64,000 nucleotides of DNA from Isurus oxyrinchus (lineage: Eukaryota), in assembly GCA_026770705.1 (NCBI GenBank), contig JANJGN010000004.1, positions 117,986,001 to 118,050,000 on the forward strand, read 5' to 3'. Positions within the stretch are counted from its first letter, which is position 1. Every line of letters starts with the position of its first letter. The notes under the pieces are model-generated. The model did no database searches. It was not told where the DNA came from and saw only the letters and a program-made list of their open reading frames with translations. Below, piece after piece: positions 1 through 13,279 of the stretch. The position numbers and the translations under genes were made by a program.

Positions 1-59
1 GACATGATCTCCCCTGACAAAGACATGCTGACTATCCCTGATTAATCCTGTCCCTCAGA

Positions 60-165
60 ATTTTAGCTCTGAAGATGTCATGCCGACTAGAAATGTTAAC
101 TGTTTTTCTCTCCACAGATGCTGTTGGAACTGCTGAGTTTTTCCAACATTTTGTGTTTTTGTAAC
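60..165 (+). mobile_element. Penelope-like element 3' terminal fragment with degenerate hammerhead motif (65-101)
   Basis: AGCT-CTGAAGA...GAAA-TGTT-AACT followed by the ctccacagatgctg...ctgctgagtttttcc tail seen in the PLE copies at 41.9 kb and 51.4 kb. Confidence 0.75.
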
Positions 166-399
166 ATAATGACTATGTTGCAGTAATTGTACTGTCTCCT
201 ACTTCCTGTGTATCTTACCTCCAATTTTTAGCTAATTCACCACCCCACACCCCTGTGTAAAGAGAAAGACCGACTGGATGAGGGGGTTGGGCTTCTTGTA
301 TGAAGTACCCCTAAACATGGAGTAGTTTAAAAAGTTTGTACTGTAGCAGCTGAATTGTGTCCCTGTACCACCTGCACTTTTTATTCATTTACGGGATGT

Positions 400-680
400 G
401 GGCTTGCCCCCTTGTCCATGTGGTGCCCCCAGTAGCTACCCAATTTGTGTGGTTCCCCCTTGCCTGCGCAGTGTTCCTGCACCCCCTCCCCCAACCATCT
501 GCATGGTCTCCCCCTTGCGTGTGTGGTACCCCCAGCCACCCCCCCCCCCCCCATTTGCACAATTGCCCCCTTGCCCTCAGTGTCCCCTGCCTCTGTGGTG
601 CCCCCAGCGCCCCCTGTCTACACGGTTGCCCCTTGCCCATGTGTTGCACCCCCTCCCCCCACCCCCCAACTCGCACTGCA
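400..680. repeat. Degenerate C-rich minisatellite with G-quadruplex potential on the minus strand
   Basis: Recurrent ttgccccc/ttgc..gtgtggt(g/a)cccccag motifs and many runs of C. Confidence 0.7.
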
Positions 681-699
681 TTTTAACATGCAGTCCTGT

Positions 700-1000
700 A
701 GTTGCTGGGGATGCAGGGCCATCCAGGCGGTGTTTGTTCACAATGCTCGACTGTCAAACGCAACAGTTGTGCACCGCACTGGCTGCTGCCCTGACCCAGC
801 ACCCCCCGACTTACAATAACAGAAAACAGTTGTGTACTTTACGCCTCAATTAACCTACTTTTTGACATTGTTTTCCTTCTCGATTCAGCACAGGAGAGCC
901 CAATGCCCCTGGTTACAAACACGACTTTTTCCGTGTTCTCCAGCACGAAATGGTCGCAAGGCCGGGGCGAATTCGTTAGTGGCCGAGAAGTGAGCAGTAC
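700..1000 (+). promoter_or_regulatory. Putative promoter and non-coding first exon (donor GAA|GTGAGC, GT at 990)
   Basis: Local CpG enrichment in a CpG-poor background, CCAAT at 900-904, an RFX half-site-like GGTTAC at 911-916, and a plausible donor 363 bp upstream of the acceptor at 1352. The transcription start site cannot be determined. Confidence 0.5.
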
Positions 1001-1381
1001 GTGTGTCTTAGATTCATTGTTCCTAATCCTCTTTTACCCATCCTGATTAAAGTGACAGCGGATTAGTGTAGGGACTGGATCATTCACATTTCGGATAGAA
1101 TGCCCTTTTTTTCTTCAACACGCACTGACCTAGAACAAATTCCATGATTGCACTGAGAAACAATTTTTACTTCAAAGAAGAATTTAAGGCCGTGACTAAC
1201 TTTTTTTCCACGGGTTCCTGTGTGTGCGACCGTTTTAGACAGTGTGGCGCATAAGACCTTTTCTCAAGCCGCTGATTTCCCTAGATTGTCGAATAACCTC
1301 TTAGTATCTATTTTTAAATTATGAAACCCTTTTTATTTCTATTTGCTTCAAGGTTTCAAAACATGTAGGGGCAAGGAAATT

Positions 1382-1542
1382 ATGTCTGCTGTAGATTTGC
1401 ACGATTCTCTGCGACGTTCCCTTGAAGGGACGGGTAACGGCTCCCAGATTGTTCAATTGAGAACTAGCACAGATCCAAAGAATCTCAACCCAAGACTGTC
1501 TTCTCAGCAAAGGCGAAATTCTACTGCTAATGAAATTGAGAG
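1382..1542 (+). CDS. CCDC171: CCDC171 first coding exon (exon starts at 1353): MSAVDLHDSLRR...ANEIER
   Basis: Polypyrimidine tract and AG at 1351-1352, ATG at 1382, donor AG|GTAATG. Phase 2 matches the next exon. Sequence similarity to the human N-terminus is weak. Confidence 0.75.
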
Positions 1543-1869
1543 GTAATGTAGCTGTAATAATTCATGGAAATAGGTAATGTTGGCCAGATCATTAATCATT
1601 TATATATAGGAAATAATTTGGCATAATTCTGTATTTTCTGTAATGTTTTTAATATGACTGGAAAATACTCCAGGAATGAAAATGCCTTATCAGTCATGAT
1701 TATAAATTAGAAGTATCTAAGGTTTGTTTTTCAATTTAAGTTGACAATCTTGTTGGACTTTAAACTGAAGCCTGCCTGCCCAATCGGTGTATATACAGAT
1801 CCCAGGGCGGTAATGAAAGAAAAACGGCCGAGGAAGCCTCACTGTGTACTGTTCATTTCCCCTTAAACT

Positions 1870-2048
1870 AAGCTCACTGCAAACATGATCTATTTGTTCA
1901 TATATCTCATTGCTGGTTTTGGGACCTTACTGTGCACAAACTGGCAGCAATGTTTCCTCATGTTACAACTTCAAAGGTTCTTCATTAGCCAGGAAGCATT
2001 TTCAGATGTCCTAAGGTCGTGAAATATGCTATGTAAATGTATTCTTTG
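1870..2048 (+). mobile_element. Deu-domain SINE (SacSINE1-like) 3' fragment
   Basis: Reverse complement resembles the tail part of the SINE at 32640-33090. Confidence 0.6.
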
Positions 2049-2066
2049 AAAGTTTTTTAAACTTAG

Positions 2067-2211
2067 ATTGCAGAGTACCATTAATCAGCTCCAGAGTCAA
2101 ATGAAACAATTGCAACCTGGGGATGATGACTGCAGGTCTACAGATCTCAGGTGGAAGCTGAACAAATTGGAAAAAGAAAAATTGGAACTAAGCAGCAAAT
2201 TTAATGAAGAG
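2067..2211 (+). CDS. CCDC171: CCDC171 coding exon 2: (R)LQSTINQ...DLRWKLNKLEKEKLELSSKFNEE
   Basis: TAG acceptor, GAG|GTAGGC donor, 145 nt, phase 2 to 0. Resembles human [20 protein letters not shown]. Confidence 0.9.
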
Positions 2212-2549
2212 GTAGGCTTGCAGAATTATTTGTAGGCATGTCTAGTTTGTATGAAATTAGTGCCCCTTTGCACCATGCAGACAGCGGTGTGAATTCAGCA
2301 AAATTGTATTTTTGTATAATTATTTTTCTTCATATTTTTCCTTGTTGATCTCTCCAGTTATATTGGTGTCTGGGTGGGCGACCTTTCTAGGTGTTCTACT
2401 TTTGGATATCAGTTATCATCTCCGGATTGTCTCATGGTATTGATTAGCAATGATGTTTTGTATTTATACAGTATGCTTAGCATGGAAAAAATAAGTTCTG
2501 AGACATTTTTAAAGAGGAAAGGCATGAGTGCTGAAACCCGGCAGGGTGA

Positions 2550-3180
2550 TGTTGGCCCCAATTACAAGATAATGGAGTAAAGTACTACGGAAGTCTTGCT
2601 AAAATTGTACAGGGCTTTGATGAGACCATAACTGGAATACTGTGCACAGTTTTGCTCTCCATATTTAAGGAAGGACAATACTTGCAGTGGAGGCGGTACA
2701 GCTAAGGTTCACTAGATTCGTCCCTGGGATGGGTGAGTTATTCTGTGATAAGCTGAGTAAATTGGGTCTGTATTTTTGGAGTTTAGAAGATTGAGAGGTA
2801 ATCCCATTGAAACATAGAAGATTCTGAAGGGACAAGGTAGACAATGAAGTTATTTCCCCTGATTGGGGAATCTAGAACACAGCGGCACAGTCTCAGGATA
2901 AGGGGCTGGTCGTTTAAGACTCAGATGAGGAGAAATTTCTTCACTTAAAGGGTTGTGAATCTTTGGAATTTTCTACCCCAGAGAGTTGTGGTGCTCCATC
3001 ATTGAATGTATTTAAGGCTGAGATAAACACATTTTTAGCATCTCAGCAAATTGGGGGGGTGGGGGTGGTGGGTGTATGGGGAATGTGTCAGAAAGTGAAG
3101 TTGAGGCTTATGATTAGCAATGATTGTATTGAATAGCAGAGCAGGCTTAATGATCCCACGTGGTCCATTCTATTTCTTAG
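2550..3180 (+). mobile_element. CR1 LINE 3' fragment (family A)
   Basis: Degenerate ORF2 C-terminus LYRALMRP*LEYCAQFCSP followed by a CR1-type 3' UTR. Confidence 0.85.
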
Positions 3181-3189
3181 ATGATTAGG

Positions 3190-3520
3190 TGAGATGATTG
3201 GAGTTAAAGAAATAGGTTTTAGGAAGCTTTTTAAAGGTGGTGAGGGATTGATTGGAGAAATTTGAGAAGTTGTAAGGAGTAGAGCTGACATGGCTGAAGT
3301 CTTTGCCCCTGAAAGTGGAGAGATGCACAGGACTCCAAAGTCAAGTGTGTGAGCAGAGGGGTTGGGTGTAAAGCTGCATGCTAGCTGTACAATTTGTTGA
3401 GGGTTTCAAGGATCCATGGGTCAGAGGGAATAAAGATGATAAGCAAGCGGGGCTTAGTAAAGCATAAGATTGGTGTGTGGAATTTTAGACCAATTGAAAT
3501 TCATGGAAGATGGAGGTTGG
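3190..3520 (-). mobile_element. Old L2-like LINE fragment
   Basis: Reverse complement loosely resembles the L2 3' region at 37400-37900. Confidence 0.45.
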
Positions 3521-4107
3521 AATGGATCCAAGTGTTCAATTGGTAAATTTCACTGGAAAAAAAAATCTCCTTTTTGAAGGAACAAATTGCCTTCAGAGTC
3601 AACTTGATGTTCCTGGAATTTAGTGTTATGGTTTGATAATCTGATCTTTAATTTTAATTTTGTAGCCTTGAACAGCCAGTATACAACCTGAAATATTATG
3701 TGCATCCAGTAAGGATAATGAATTGCCCCATTTGAAATTTACCTCTTTTGTTCCATGTTGTGACTTTTAATGATTTAATATTTGGAAGTGATTGACCTGT
3801 AGACCTCTTAGGCATTAAGTTGGAGAAAATGTGCAAATGTGTATTGTATATGAAATGCAAAAAGGTAGAGTAGGAAATGATATAGTTTTTCTTATGCCAC
3901 AGTAGGAATTGTTTACATTTCACTGATTACATTATTCCATCCTGCTGTGTAAGCAAGTTCTGTGATACTGTCCATGCTGTTGCATTGTTGTCGAACCACT
4001 TCCCGAGGCAACACTGAGGTTCAGTATTACCAAATATAAAACTGCAGGAAAAATTGCACTTTAGATTTTTCTAAGTGCAATTTTTATTTTTATTTTTATT
4101 TTCACAG

Positions 4108-4282
4108 CATTCAACATTTGAAAGCCATGTTGCTAGACTGCGGGCACAACTGGAGAAAGGAGAGGCACTGCGACAGACCCTGGAATATGAGCTAGCTGTG
4201 GCCAAGAAGGAAGCCTGTGTTGTGAAATGCACTTCAGAAGACAGAGTAGACTCTATTCATAAAGTAAATGCACAATTGAAAG
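4108..4282 (+). CDS. CCDC171: CCDC171 coding exon 3: HSTFESHVARLRAQLEKGEALRQTLEYELAVAKKEA...
   Basis: Strong polypyrimidine tract and CAG, donor AAG|GTAC, 175 nt, phase 0 to 1. Confidence 0.95.
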
Positions 4283-4857
4283 GTACAAGAAAATCTAATG
4301 TTTCCAGAAGGAAATTATAGCAAAAACTGATAAATAGTCATGAATTAAGTTGTATTGCATTTTGTAAAACCAATAACTTAGTAAATTACAAAAAAAGTGT
4401 TAGGTGCATACCAAATTTCAGATTACATTGCAATCTATATGATTGAATGTTGTCTAAATATGAATACATCAACACCAATTTTAAAAAAAAAGAGAAATCG
4501 ATAGCCGGAAGATTGAACAATTAAATATATAATCCGTGAATAAGCAAGTACAAAAAAATTGATCAATCAATTAGTTCAAACAATTCCTTTGCCAGCTTTG
4601 GCCACCATTTTCTTTCTGTGCTCAGAATGGTGGGTAGAGTTAAAAATAACATGCACATGTATTTAGAGCACATTTTCTGCTCACATCATCATATTCCAAA
4701 GGGTGCATAGTGTAACAACAAGGCCACTTTACATGGGACCCTGAATATCTGAAACCTCTATTAGGTCCCAGCAAACTTTTTTAATAAAAATGAGAAAGAG
4801 AGCCAGGATTGTGATGATTAAAACAATTAAACTTCTGAGTTTTTCAGGTGTTTATAA

Positions 4858-5132
4858 AATCATAAAAAATGGGAGCAGGAGTAATCCAATCACCCCATTG
4901 AGCCTGCTGCACCATTCAAAAGAGCATGGCTGATCCGATTGTGGCCTTAACTGCACTTTCCTGTCTGTTCCCTCTAACCCTTAATTCTCTTGTCAATCAA
5001 AAATCTGCCTAACAGCCTTGAATATATTCAATGACCCATCATCCACTGCTTTCTGAGGGAGAGAATTCCAAAGACTAATGACCCTCTGAGTGAAGAAACT
5101 CCTCACCCCTGTCTTAAATGGGAGACCCCTTT
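4858..5132 (-). mobile_element. CR1 LINE 3' end (family A)
   Basis: Similar to 47782-48050 (gagcctgct.c.ccattcaa...gggagagaattccaaag...gtcttaaatggg). Confidence 0.85.
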
Positions 5133-5249
5133 ATGTATTAAAAGGATACAGCTTCACCTAAGCAGAAAAACATTCCATTGGATATAGAGCCTGTCCTCCT
5201 ACAGCATACCACCTGTAATATCCTGGGAGACAATTAAAAAGAAAATCAT

Positions 5250-5580
5250 TGAAGTGATGTGAATGCCACTGGCTGGGCCAACATTTATTGCCCATCCCTA
5301 GCTGTCCTTGAGAAGCTGGTGGTGAGCTGCCACCTTGAACTGCTGCAGTCCATGTGGTGTAGGTACACCCACAGTGCTGTTAGGGAGGGAGTTGCAGGAT
5401 TTTGACCCAGTGAAAGGAATAGCGATTTATTTCCAAGTCAGGATGGTGAGTGGCTAAGAGGGGAACTTGCAGGTTGTGGTGTTCCCATGTGTCTGCTGCC
5501 CTTGTCCTTCTAGATGGTAGTGGTCGTGGGTTTGGAAGGTACTATCTAAGGAGCCTTGGTGAGTTTCTGCAGTGCATGTC
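5250..5580 (-). mobile_element. CR1-group LINE 3' end (family B)
   Basis: Near-collinear with 44840-45170 and 25820-26130. Confidence 0.9.
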
Positions 5581-6217
5581 TTGTTTGTTGCATTTGAGAT
5601 TTTGTTTTAAAAAACATGAGAAAGTTAATTGTCTAATATATGTACATGAAAAATAAATGCTAGTTTGCCAGTGATGCCTACATGCTATAAATTAATTTTA
5701 AAAAATGATGCTTCAGATCTGGAACTTGTAACTTGGGAATCCTTTCAATCTATAAGGCTCCCTCGCCAAACAGATAATCAACCTCTTACCTGAGGTGGTA
5801 CTTACTCAACAACAATTAGACTTTGAAAGATGCCTTTTTGAGGTCACAATCTGGAAGCAGATTAGTACTTTATACATTACATGGAATAACACTCAGTCTT
5901 TAGAAGATTGTATCATTCATCTCACCTGGAAAAATGCCGCTGGAGACTTGATAATATGTTATATCCAGTATGTTTTGTGCATCATGGTGCATTGTAGTTT
6001 GTACTTGGAAATCCCTTTGCATGCATCTGATTACACTTTCAATAAATGTTTATGATTGACAGCCATTGCAATATGTAATCTAATGTGTGTAGTATATTAC
6101 ACGATTTATGTGAAATTATTTTGTAATTTGTAATACTGTAGATTAACATCGTAAATCAAAACTGCAAATAACTGGTTTCGGCAGCATCTGAATTGCTCTC
6201 TGTTATTGTGTTATCAG

Positions 6218-6408
6218 TACAAAATTCAGAACTTCAGCAGAAAGTGAAGGAATTGGAAAAAACTCTACAAATTTCTAAACATGCAAGGGAAGATGATCAA
6301 CAGAGGTTCAAAAGTGAACAAGAGGATAGGGATAAAATCATTCAGACCTGTAATACAGAAAATGAGTTCCTGATTGCTGAAAGGAATCGAATTGATGCTA
6401 TCCTGCAG
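6218..6408 (+). CDS. CCDC171: CCDC171 coding exon 4: (V)QNSELQQKVKELEK...RIDAILQ
   Basis: CAG acceptor, CAG|GTAC donor, 191 nt, phase 1 to 0. Confidence 0.95.
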
Positions 6409-8967
6409 GTACTAAATAATAACCAAAACTTCTTTCCAAAATTGTGTTTATGTATGTGCGTTTGTCTGTAAACTGTTGTGATCCTGGGCAATCTACAATA
6501 ATGACCAGTAATTGAGCTATGTGAAGACCCTCTTCAATGCCTCATGCCCAGAAACTCTGCCCATCACACAACTGCAACTTCCATAATCCAAATATTCACT
6601 ATGAATTGGTGGTGTTCTCTTTCTCTATCCAAGCTTCTCTGATTTTACCCATGCTGTTAATGCTTTCTTTTTGGAGACTCTTTGATGCCAAATACAGAAA
6701 GTTGGGAGTGTGTATAATAACTGGGTCTCATTGTGTACAAGTGCAGCATCTTTGCCCTTCTGAAAAAAGGGATTTTCTTCTTTGTTTTCTATGCACGTTG
6801 CCTCCCCTCTTCGCAGATGGCATATACACTAAAGGAAAAACCTGTTCATTTTACTGTTGGGGCGTACAATAAAAGAATGTGAGCTGATTGCTATCGCTTC
6901 CATGCACTGCACCTCTGCCCTGGTATGGTTTTTACAGCATCTCATCGTTGTGTTGCTTTAATGATATAAAGGCACCAATCACTCATAAGGGACTGGGTAA
7001 ACACATTGTGGGTTCTTTTATTTAGACTAGGCACATAAGGACAGCTATACATAGGTAGAAAGCTTGAAGATATCAGAAACAGAGCTGTGTGTGTGTGCTC
7101 TCAAAGGCAAAAGTGGAACTTGATCGCATAACACACTTCCTTTCTAACGATGTCATGCTTAAAGACATATTACAACATCTTATAAGGCACATAAGTGTGT
7201 CCTTTTGAGTAGACATTGAGTAAGACTAAGCTGACTTCATCTCTCAAGTCATTCAAGAGAGGTGAAATCCCTTAACTGTTAATCTCATTGTAAAATCATT
7301 GCATGGACTTTGACAGAAGTCAGCTTGCTTTAAACCATAAAATTTCTGACTACATGTTTCCAGTAAAACTGTAAACTGACAACATTGTGAATTTAAAATG
7401 ATCTGTTAGCTGTTTTCTGAAAGGAATTTTTGACTTTGTTTAAGATAAGTGAACCTGACTATGCTGAAAACATGTGTCTTCATTATTTGCTATCTACGCA
7501 CATGCTGTGTTATAGTGCAGAAAATCCAGAAAATTACAGTGTGAATGACTAACACCATTAGTTACGCCATGCCATAACTTGTAAGTCCTACTGCCCTGCT
7601 GCACAGACGCACTTTCAGTCTACAAGTAGATAGGTAGTTATTGTAGCACCATGCCCCATCTATAATCCATGGTAAGGTTGCATTTGCTGAACTAATGTAG
7701 CTGTGATTACACAGCCACTTAGTGTTACATAGGGAGTTGGAGAGCTCAGAATCAGTAAAGTATTCAATTGATCAGTAAGTTGCCTGAGGGTAGTAACATT
7801 TTTACCGATTTTTGTTATAGGAATTTCATTGAAATTTTACACCTCAATTAAGTAATAAATTAAGTGTTTTGACAGCCAGACAGGAATTGATCTTCTCTTG
7901 ACTAATATGCTAAGCTCAAACTACAATTGGTAATGAAACGAGGGTAGATATTATATGCAGTTCAAGAGATAACCTTGTGTATATGAGATCCTCTAACACC
8001 AATTTATATATTTATTCCTTTCTAGTGCAAACTCATCAAGTAGATTGAACTTAACCTGGACACACTGTCTGTCTGTACTACAATGCATCCCCATGTTATT
8101 AGACCTGAGACATGCCTATAACTATATCCCTGTTGTTTTGTGAATCTGCATCAGCCATTGGCCTCTGCTGCAATGTATTTGAGTTATTCTTGTCCTCTGA
8201 ATTTGATCATTGAGGAGCAAAACATGTGCCCTGATTCTACAGTCAGTGGCAAAGTGAAGGCACTCACCACTGACCTCCTAAGAAAGCTAGTGAACTCCGT
8301 GGCATGAATTTCACCTTTCCCAATTGTCAATTTCATCCTGGCTTCAGCTATTGAGGATCTTGGGTGTCTGGCAACAGTAATGTTATGAAACATTCTAAAC
8401 AGCTGAACACATTGAAGAATTCTCACAGGCAACAAACCAGGAAGTAATCCATAAAGCAGTGATCCTTCATTCTGATTAGGAAATAAACATGGCGTTAAGA
8501 TAGAAGCTGAAAAATGATAAACTGTATCTATAGTTATTTTTATCATGATAGAGAAATTTGACATTTCACAGGCATAAAATTAGCTTTTCAGGGCTAGGGA
8601 GGTAGTTTAATAGTGATTTGACTTGGTATACTATTTAAAAACCCATTTACACCTCATTCAACAAGGGTAACTCCATATCGCTATAATGAATTGGATGATA
8701 GCGCAGGAGTGGAAGTTCACATCAATTCAAATGATTTCTGAGATTTCCATTTGCGAGGACTTCAACAGTGTACCAAATGGAGGAGTGGGGAATCATTGAT
8801 GGCAACTTTTTGGATTCCATGTTTAACTGCGCATGCAAGAAGTTTGTCAGTTTCACAGAGTAATGGTGGTGAATGCTGACAGTTTCATTATCGTTATGAT
8901 GACAAAACCTGGGCCATGATGTTTGTTGCCAATGTCCCCATTACAGTGAATCCCGCCCAGTATCTGC

Positions 8968-9080
8968 AGATAAAAGCAAAATACTGCGGATGCTGGAAAC
9001 CTGAAACAAAACCAAAAATTGCTGGAAAAACTCAGCAGGTCTGACAGCATCTGTGGAGAATAAAAGGCAGAGTTAACTCT
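8968..9080 (-). mobile_element. Penelope-like element 3' tail fragment
   Basis: actgcggatgctggaaa...ctggaaaaactcagcaggtctg matches 51424-51485. Confidence 0.85.
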
Positions 9081-12000
9081 GGGGGGGTGGTGAAGCTGGA
9101 TAGAAGGCCAGTGACATCGCTGGCATCCGTCCACTTATGATAGAAGATGCGTGTTGAGAGAGAATCTGGATTATCTTCCAACAAACGTAGTGAAAATTAA
9201 TTTATTTTATCTTGGTGTCAAAAGAAAACTGCCTTCGAGTGGGAATGTGGGGTGGCCTTCACTATTCTTCAGATCCCATTCTTCAGTAGTTTGATTTTAT
9301 GTTGTCTCAGTAAGGTGGAACTCCATGGGCAGAATGCCCACATTATGATCTTCAAAGCCTCATGTAAAAGATTCTGAAAAGTTAGCAAAGATTTTGGATC
9401 ATTTATTTTGAGACAGCAAGGTGTATTGTGCAAATCCAGCATTGCTATTATCTCTTTTGCTTCTCTACAATTTCTTTTTTTAAAATGTGTATGTAAATCT
9501 GATTACCTGTGACTATGCATGGGAGGAGTAGGAGCAAAGGCCTCTGCACAAAATCTTTAGGCATGGACCCAAGTGTGATTTTTATCAAAGCCTTTTACTT
9601 TCCACAGTGGGGAGACAATGGATTGCGTCTAGGCAAAGCATCACTAACACTTGTGATTGGGAAAGAGCACAGGATCTTGTCATTTTGTTTGTTTGTCCAC
9701 AACTTTCACTTCTCATGCCAGCTGCAAGTGGATTTGAGGCCTGACAGCAGAATTGCATCATTAGCCTGGGCAGGCTGCTCTGAGTGTCAAATTATTGCAT
9801 CAATAGGAGTCTTCTGCTATGTCCAGACTTGCTACTTTTACCAGGGACCCAATATATTCCTTGTGATTGGGGAAAAAAGGCATCTCTTGAATAGAACCTG
9901 TCAAGCGCACAACAGTTCAGTAGATAAATCTCCACCTGTGATATATTCATCTATCTCCATTCCGATAGATAACACTGAAGGGCAACGAGGTGCATGGAAG
10001 TAAGATCTGGATCAACCAATCACAGCAGGGCTGGAGAAAGGAATGAAGGCTTACCACTGCAACAACTTCTTTTATCTGAAAGCAAGAGCCATCTCCAAAG
10101 AGTGTAGCCAGCATACATTGTCCTGTACAGATTTCCCTCTTAACATTGCATATATTCTTCTTCTTGGCTGAAAACATTTTTTTTTTTCAAATCCACTTTA
10201 CCCTCATCATTACTTTTTTCTTCCCTGAAAGAGAGACAATCCTTAGAAATACGCACTTCTAGGTTAAAATAACAGTGGTGGGATGCAGTAATACTGTAGT
10301 GAGGAGGCAGTGAACAGAGACCAAAGGGAGAAAAATTCCTCTCTCTGCAATTCCTCCTTGTAAGCCTATTTAAAGAGGGCTTGTGGTTTGATTGTATCTT
10401 AGAAAGAGACCCCATAGAGAGGGGCAAGTTTGGGGAGCTCTCGTACATGGGTAACACATTATCCAGCTAGCTGGCACGCATGTCTCACTAATGTTACAGT
10501 GCAGTGGATCCACGCCACTGGTGTGACTTGAAATTCCACCCCCTCTCCCCCAACCCTGAACCATTTAGAGAACTTGGATCAGAAAGTTGCAAAATAACGT
10601 TTTTCCTCTGCTGTGATGTGACTGAATTTTTGGAGAGATGTTTTTCCAGCTGAAGTATGTGGTCAACAAATTGAGGAAGAGCTCTTTTTTTTTTAAAAGA
10701 AAAAAGCAAGATTTATCACATTGCTTTTAAAAAAAAACAATTACTTGATGGAATCCCACCCTTTGTAAATATGTAGTTTGTATTTTTACCTATTTTATCC
10801 TTGGTGTGCCAGAGTTGTTGGGGGAACAGTACTTCATCTTCGATTAGACACTTTATAACAGGATTCGACATTGAGTTCAATAATCTCAGATCATGAAGTC
10901 TGCCCTCTATTTTGATTTTTTTTTTGCCAAGGGCCAGTCTGTATTTTGTTTTCACGTTGTTGCTTTAAGACAGCTATCCATTATTCTTCTATTAATACCT
11001 CCTCTGGACTAATGCTTGCTTTCTTTACCACATCTTTGTTATTTAATCTCTCCTGCCCTTTAACCTATCCCAGACCGTTCCACTCCTGCAATCCCTTTCA
11101 GATTATGAACTCTCGGTTGCGAGTTGCAACTTTGAAATTGATTTGAAATGATGCCAGCTCTCATGCAGCTAGCCTTGCAATGAGGGGGCAGGTTAAAAAG
11201 TTCAATCCTTCATAGATCTGGGCATATTCTCTAGATTAGTTCAATAACATGCCATGAGTACAAGTTTAAAAATATATCCATGGTTACGTTATTGCATATG
11301 TCACAGTTGCAACATTATTTTAATTGTGGCAATATTTTTGTTCCCACTGTAACCTACCCTCTCTTCCCCACTGAACCACCAAAGTTTACTACTCTCCTGT
11401 TAAGCCTGCTGAAGATTATTCACCGGCATTAAGGTGCCAGCTTTGTGAAGTTATTTTCGCCTATTCCATCTGCATTGTCACATGCAACTGTGTCTTTTGA
11501 GTAAGATTTCACTTTGTAGGTTTTAACTGGTAAAATCTAACCAGATACATTTGTCATAATTCACCAATAATTAGTACTTGGAGCAAGCAAGTTGACATAT
11601 CTGTCTTTGAAGATGTAATGTAACTAGAGCTGCGTGATTGTGGTCCATATAATTGTACCCTTTTTTTTACATGAAATATTTGGTGAATAACAGGATTTTA
11701 AAAAGTTATCAATGCCTTTTGACTGCTGAACTTTACAATTTCATATTTTCTGTAAAACCTTAATCTTGTTAAAGAGGAAAGAATTGGTACAAAAAACAGC
11801 AGAACAACAATGAAGAAAATAATTTGAGGGAGCCACAAATGTTTTTATTTAAGATAGGAAGCTGTTGTACATGAAGTTTGTTATGAAACATTTCCAAATA
11901 CAGATAATGACCTCTCCTGGCCATTTTCTGAAAAGCAGTCTAAAGCACAGGTTGTGTGTATGTGAGAGAAGTGAACAGAGAAATAGGGCAGTGCATTGAA

Positions 12001-12559
12001 TTCACCTTAAGTGTTGAATGTTTTCCATGTTATGAAGTACGTGGTGTAAGTGGATGCCAAATATGCATAAATTATTTTGTAAAATTCCAAAACAAAGGTC
12101 CATTAATCTAATGCAAGCAATATAAGGTGGGTTATTGAGTGGCTGAGGATGGAAGGAGCGGAATGATAAATGAATTGAACTTATCGACATCAAACAAAAG
12201 TTGGTTTTAAGAATAGATTTGCCAGATGGATGCTCCTTCTGTGTTTTGATCTTTGTTTCATCGATTTTTAATTTAGTTTCTTCATTTCTCTCTTCCACAC
12301 CCCTGCCCCCACCCTCACATGTTTTTACTCGCCTTAGTATATATGTGCTTCAGTATCAGTTTTCAATGCTTTTTTAGTCTCCCTGTAAAACTAAATGTAA
12401 AGGGAATACTTTCTTGCTTCAGGTTTTCTGCAGTTTTGTACGGCAAATATACATATTTGAAAATAACTCTCTGTAGTGAATGGAGACTTTTGAGTTGGGT
12501 CTCCTCCTAAAGCACATCCATTGGAAATGGATGCTGTGACATCAGTGGCAGCAAGTTAC

Positions 12560-12930
12560 ACACTACAAAGTCTCAAACACCACTAAAATGCCCAGTCAAT
12601 CTGTTTGGTGGTGGCCTTTAAGGGGGAAGCTTACCACCTCAAGTACTGTGACAGTACTGCATTCCCTCAGGACTGCAATGAAGTGTTGGTCTTTGATTTA
12701 GTGCTCAAGTCCTGCAGTGAGACTTGAAACTGAGAGCTTCAAATTTGGAGGTGAGTGCTACCACTGAGCTAAGTTGACACCAGTAAAAAAAAAACATAAT
12801 TTCTATAGCACCTTTCATGACTACCAGATATCCCAAAACACTTTACATCTAATGAACTACTTTTAAAATGTAGTCACTGTTCCAATGTGGGAAACATGGC
12901 AACCGATTTTTGCCCACAGCCACCTTCCAG
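12560..12930 (-). mobile_element. Deu-domain SINE fragments (head piece followed by tail piece)
   Basis: Matches portions of 32640-33090, including the tRNA-derived head (gacttgaaac...gtgctaccactgagc). Confidence 0.65.
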
Positions 12931-13279
12931 TGTCCAATGACTCCCTTCATAATTGTTTCTATTCAGAATACATTTCTATACTGTAGTTTCTATCAAAATA
13001 CATAATCATGCACTTCTCTGCATTAAGTTGGATCTTCCATCTTTTCTATCCATTGTATTAGCCATGTTCCCAACAATCCACTGCAAAAAAGAATTTATTT
13101 TAATGTCTTCCCTTTGCTGTTGGGAAGAATTTATTACTAACTCCTCAACCAGTTGAAAAAGCCATTTTCCATTAATTCCATGGAAACACTTTGTCTGAGC
13201 ACTTAGCCTTTTCTGCCCTGTGTCTCAAGATTCTCCTCATACCTGTCATTCCTTGACCCTGCTAGCATCACAGTGAATG

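Noticed and set aside
357-853. Overlapping Pro/Cys-rich ORFs of 95-151 aa
   Set aside because: By-products of a C-rich low-complexity repeat that lacks stop codons; no splice or homology support.
9509-10003. 164-aa ORF
   Set aside because: GTG start, no recognisable domain, intronic; a length reachable by chance.
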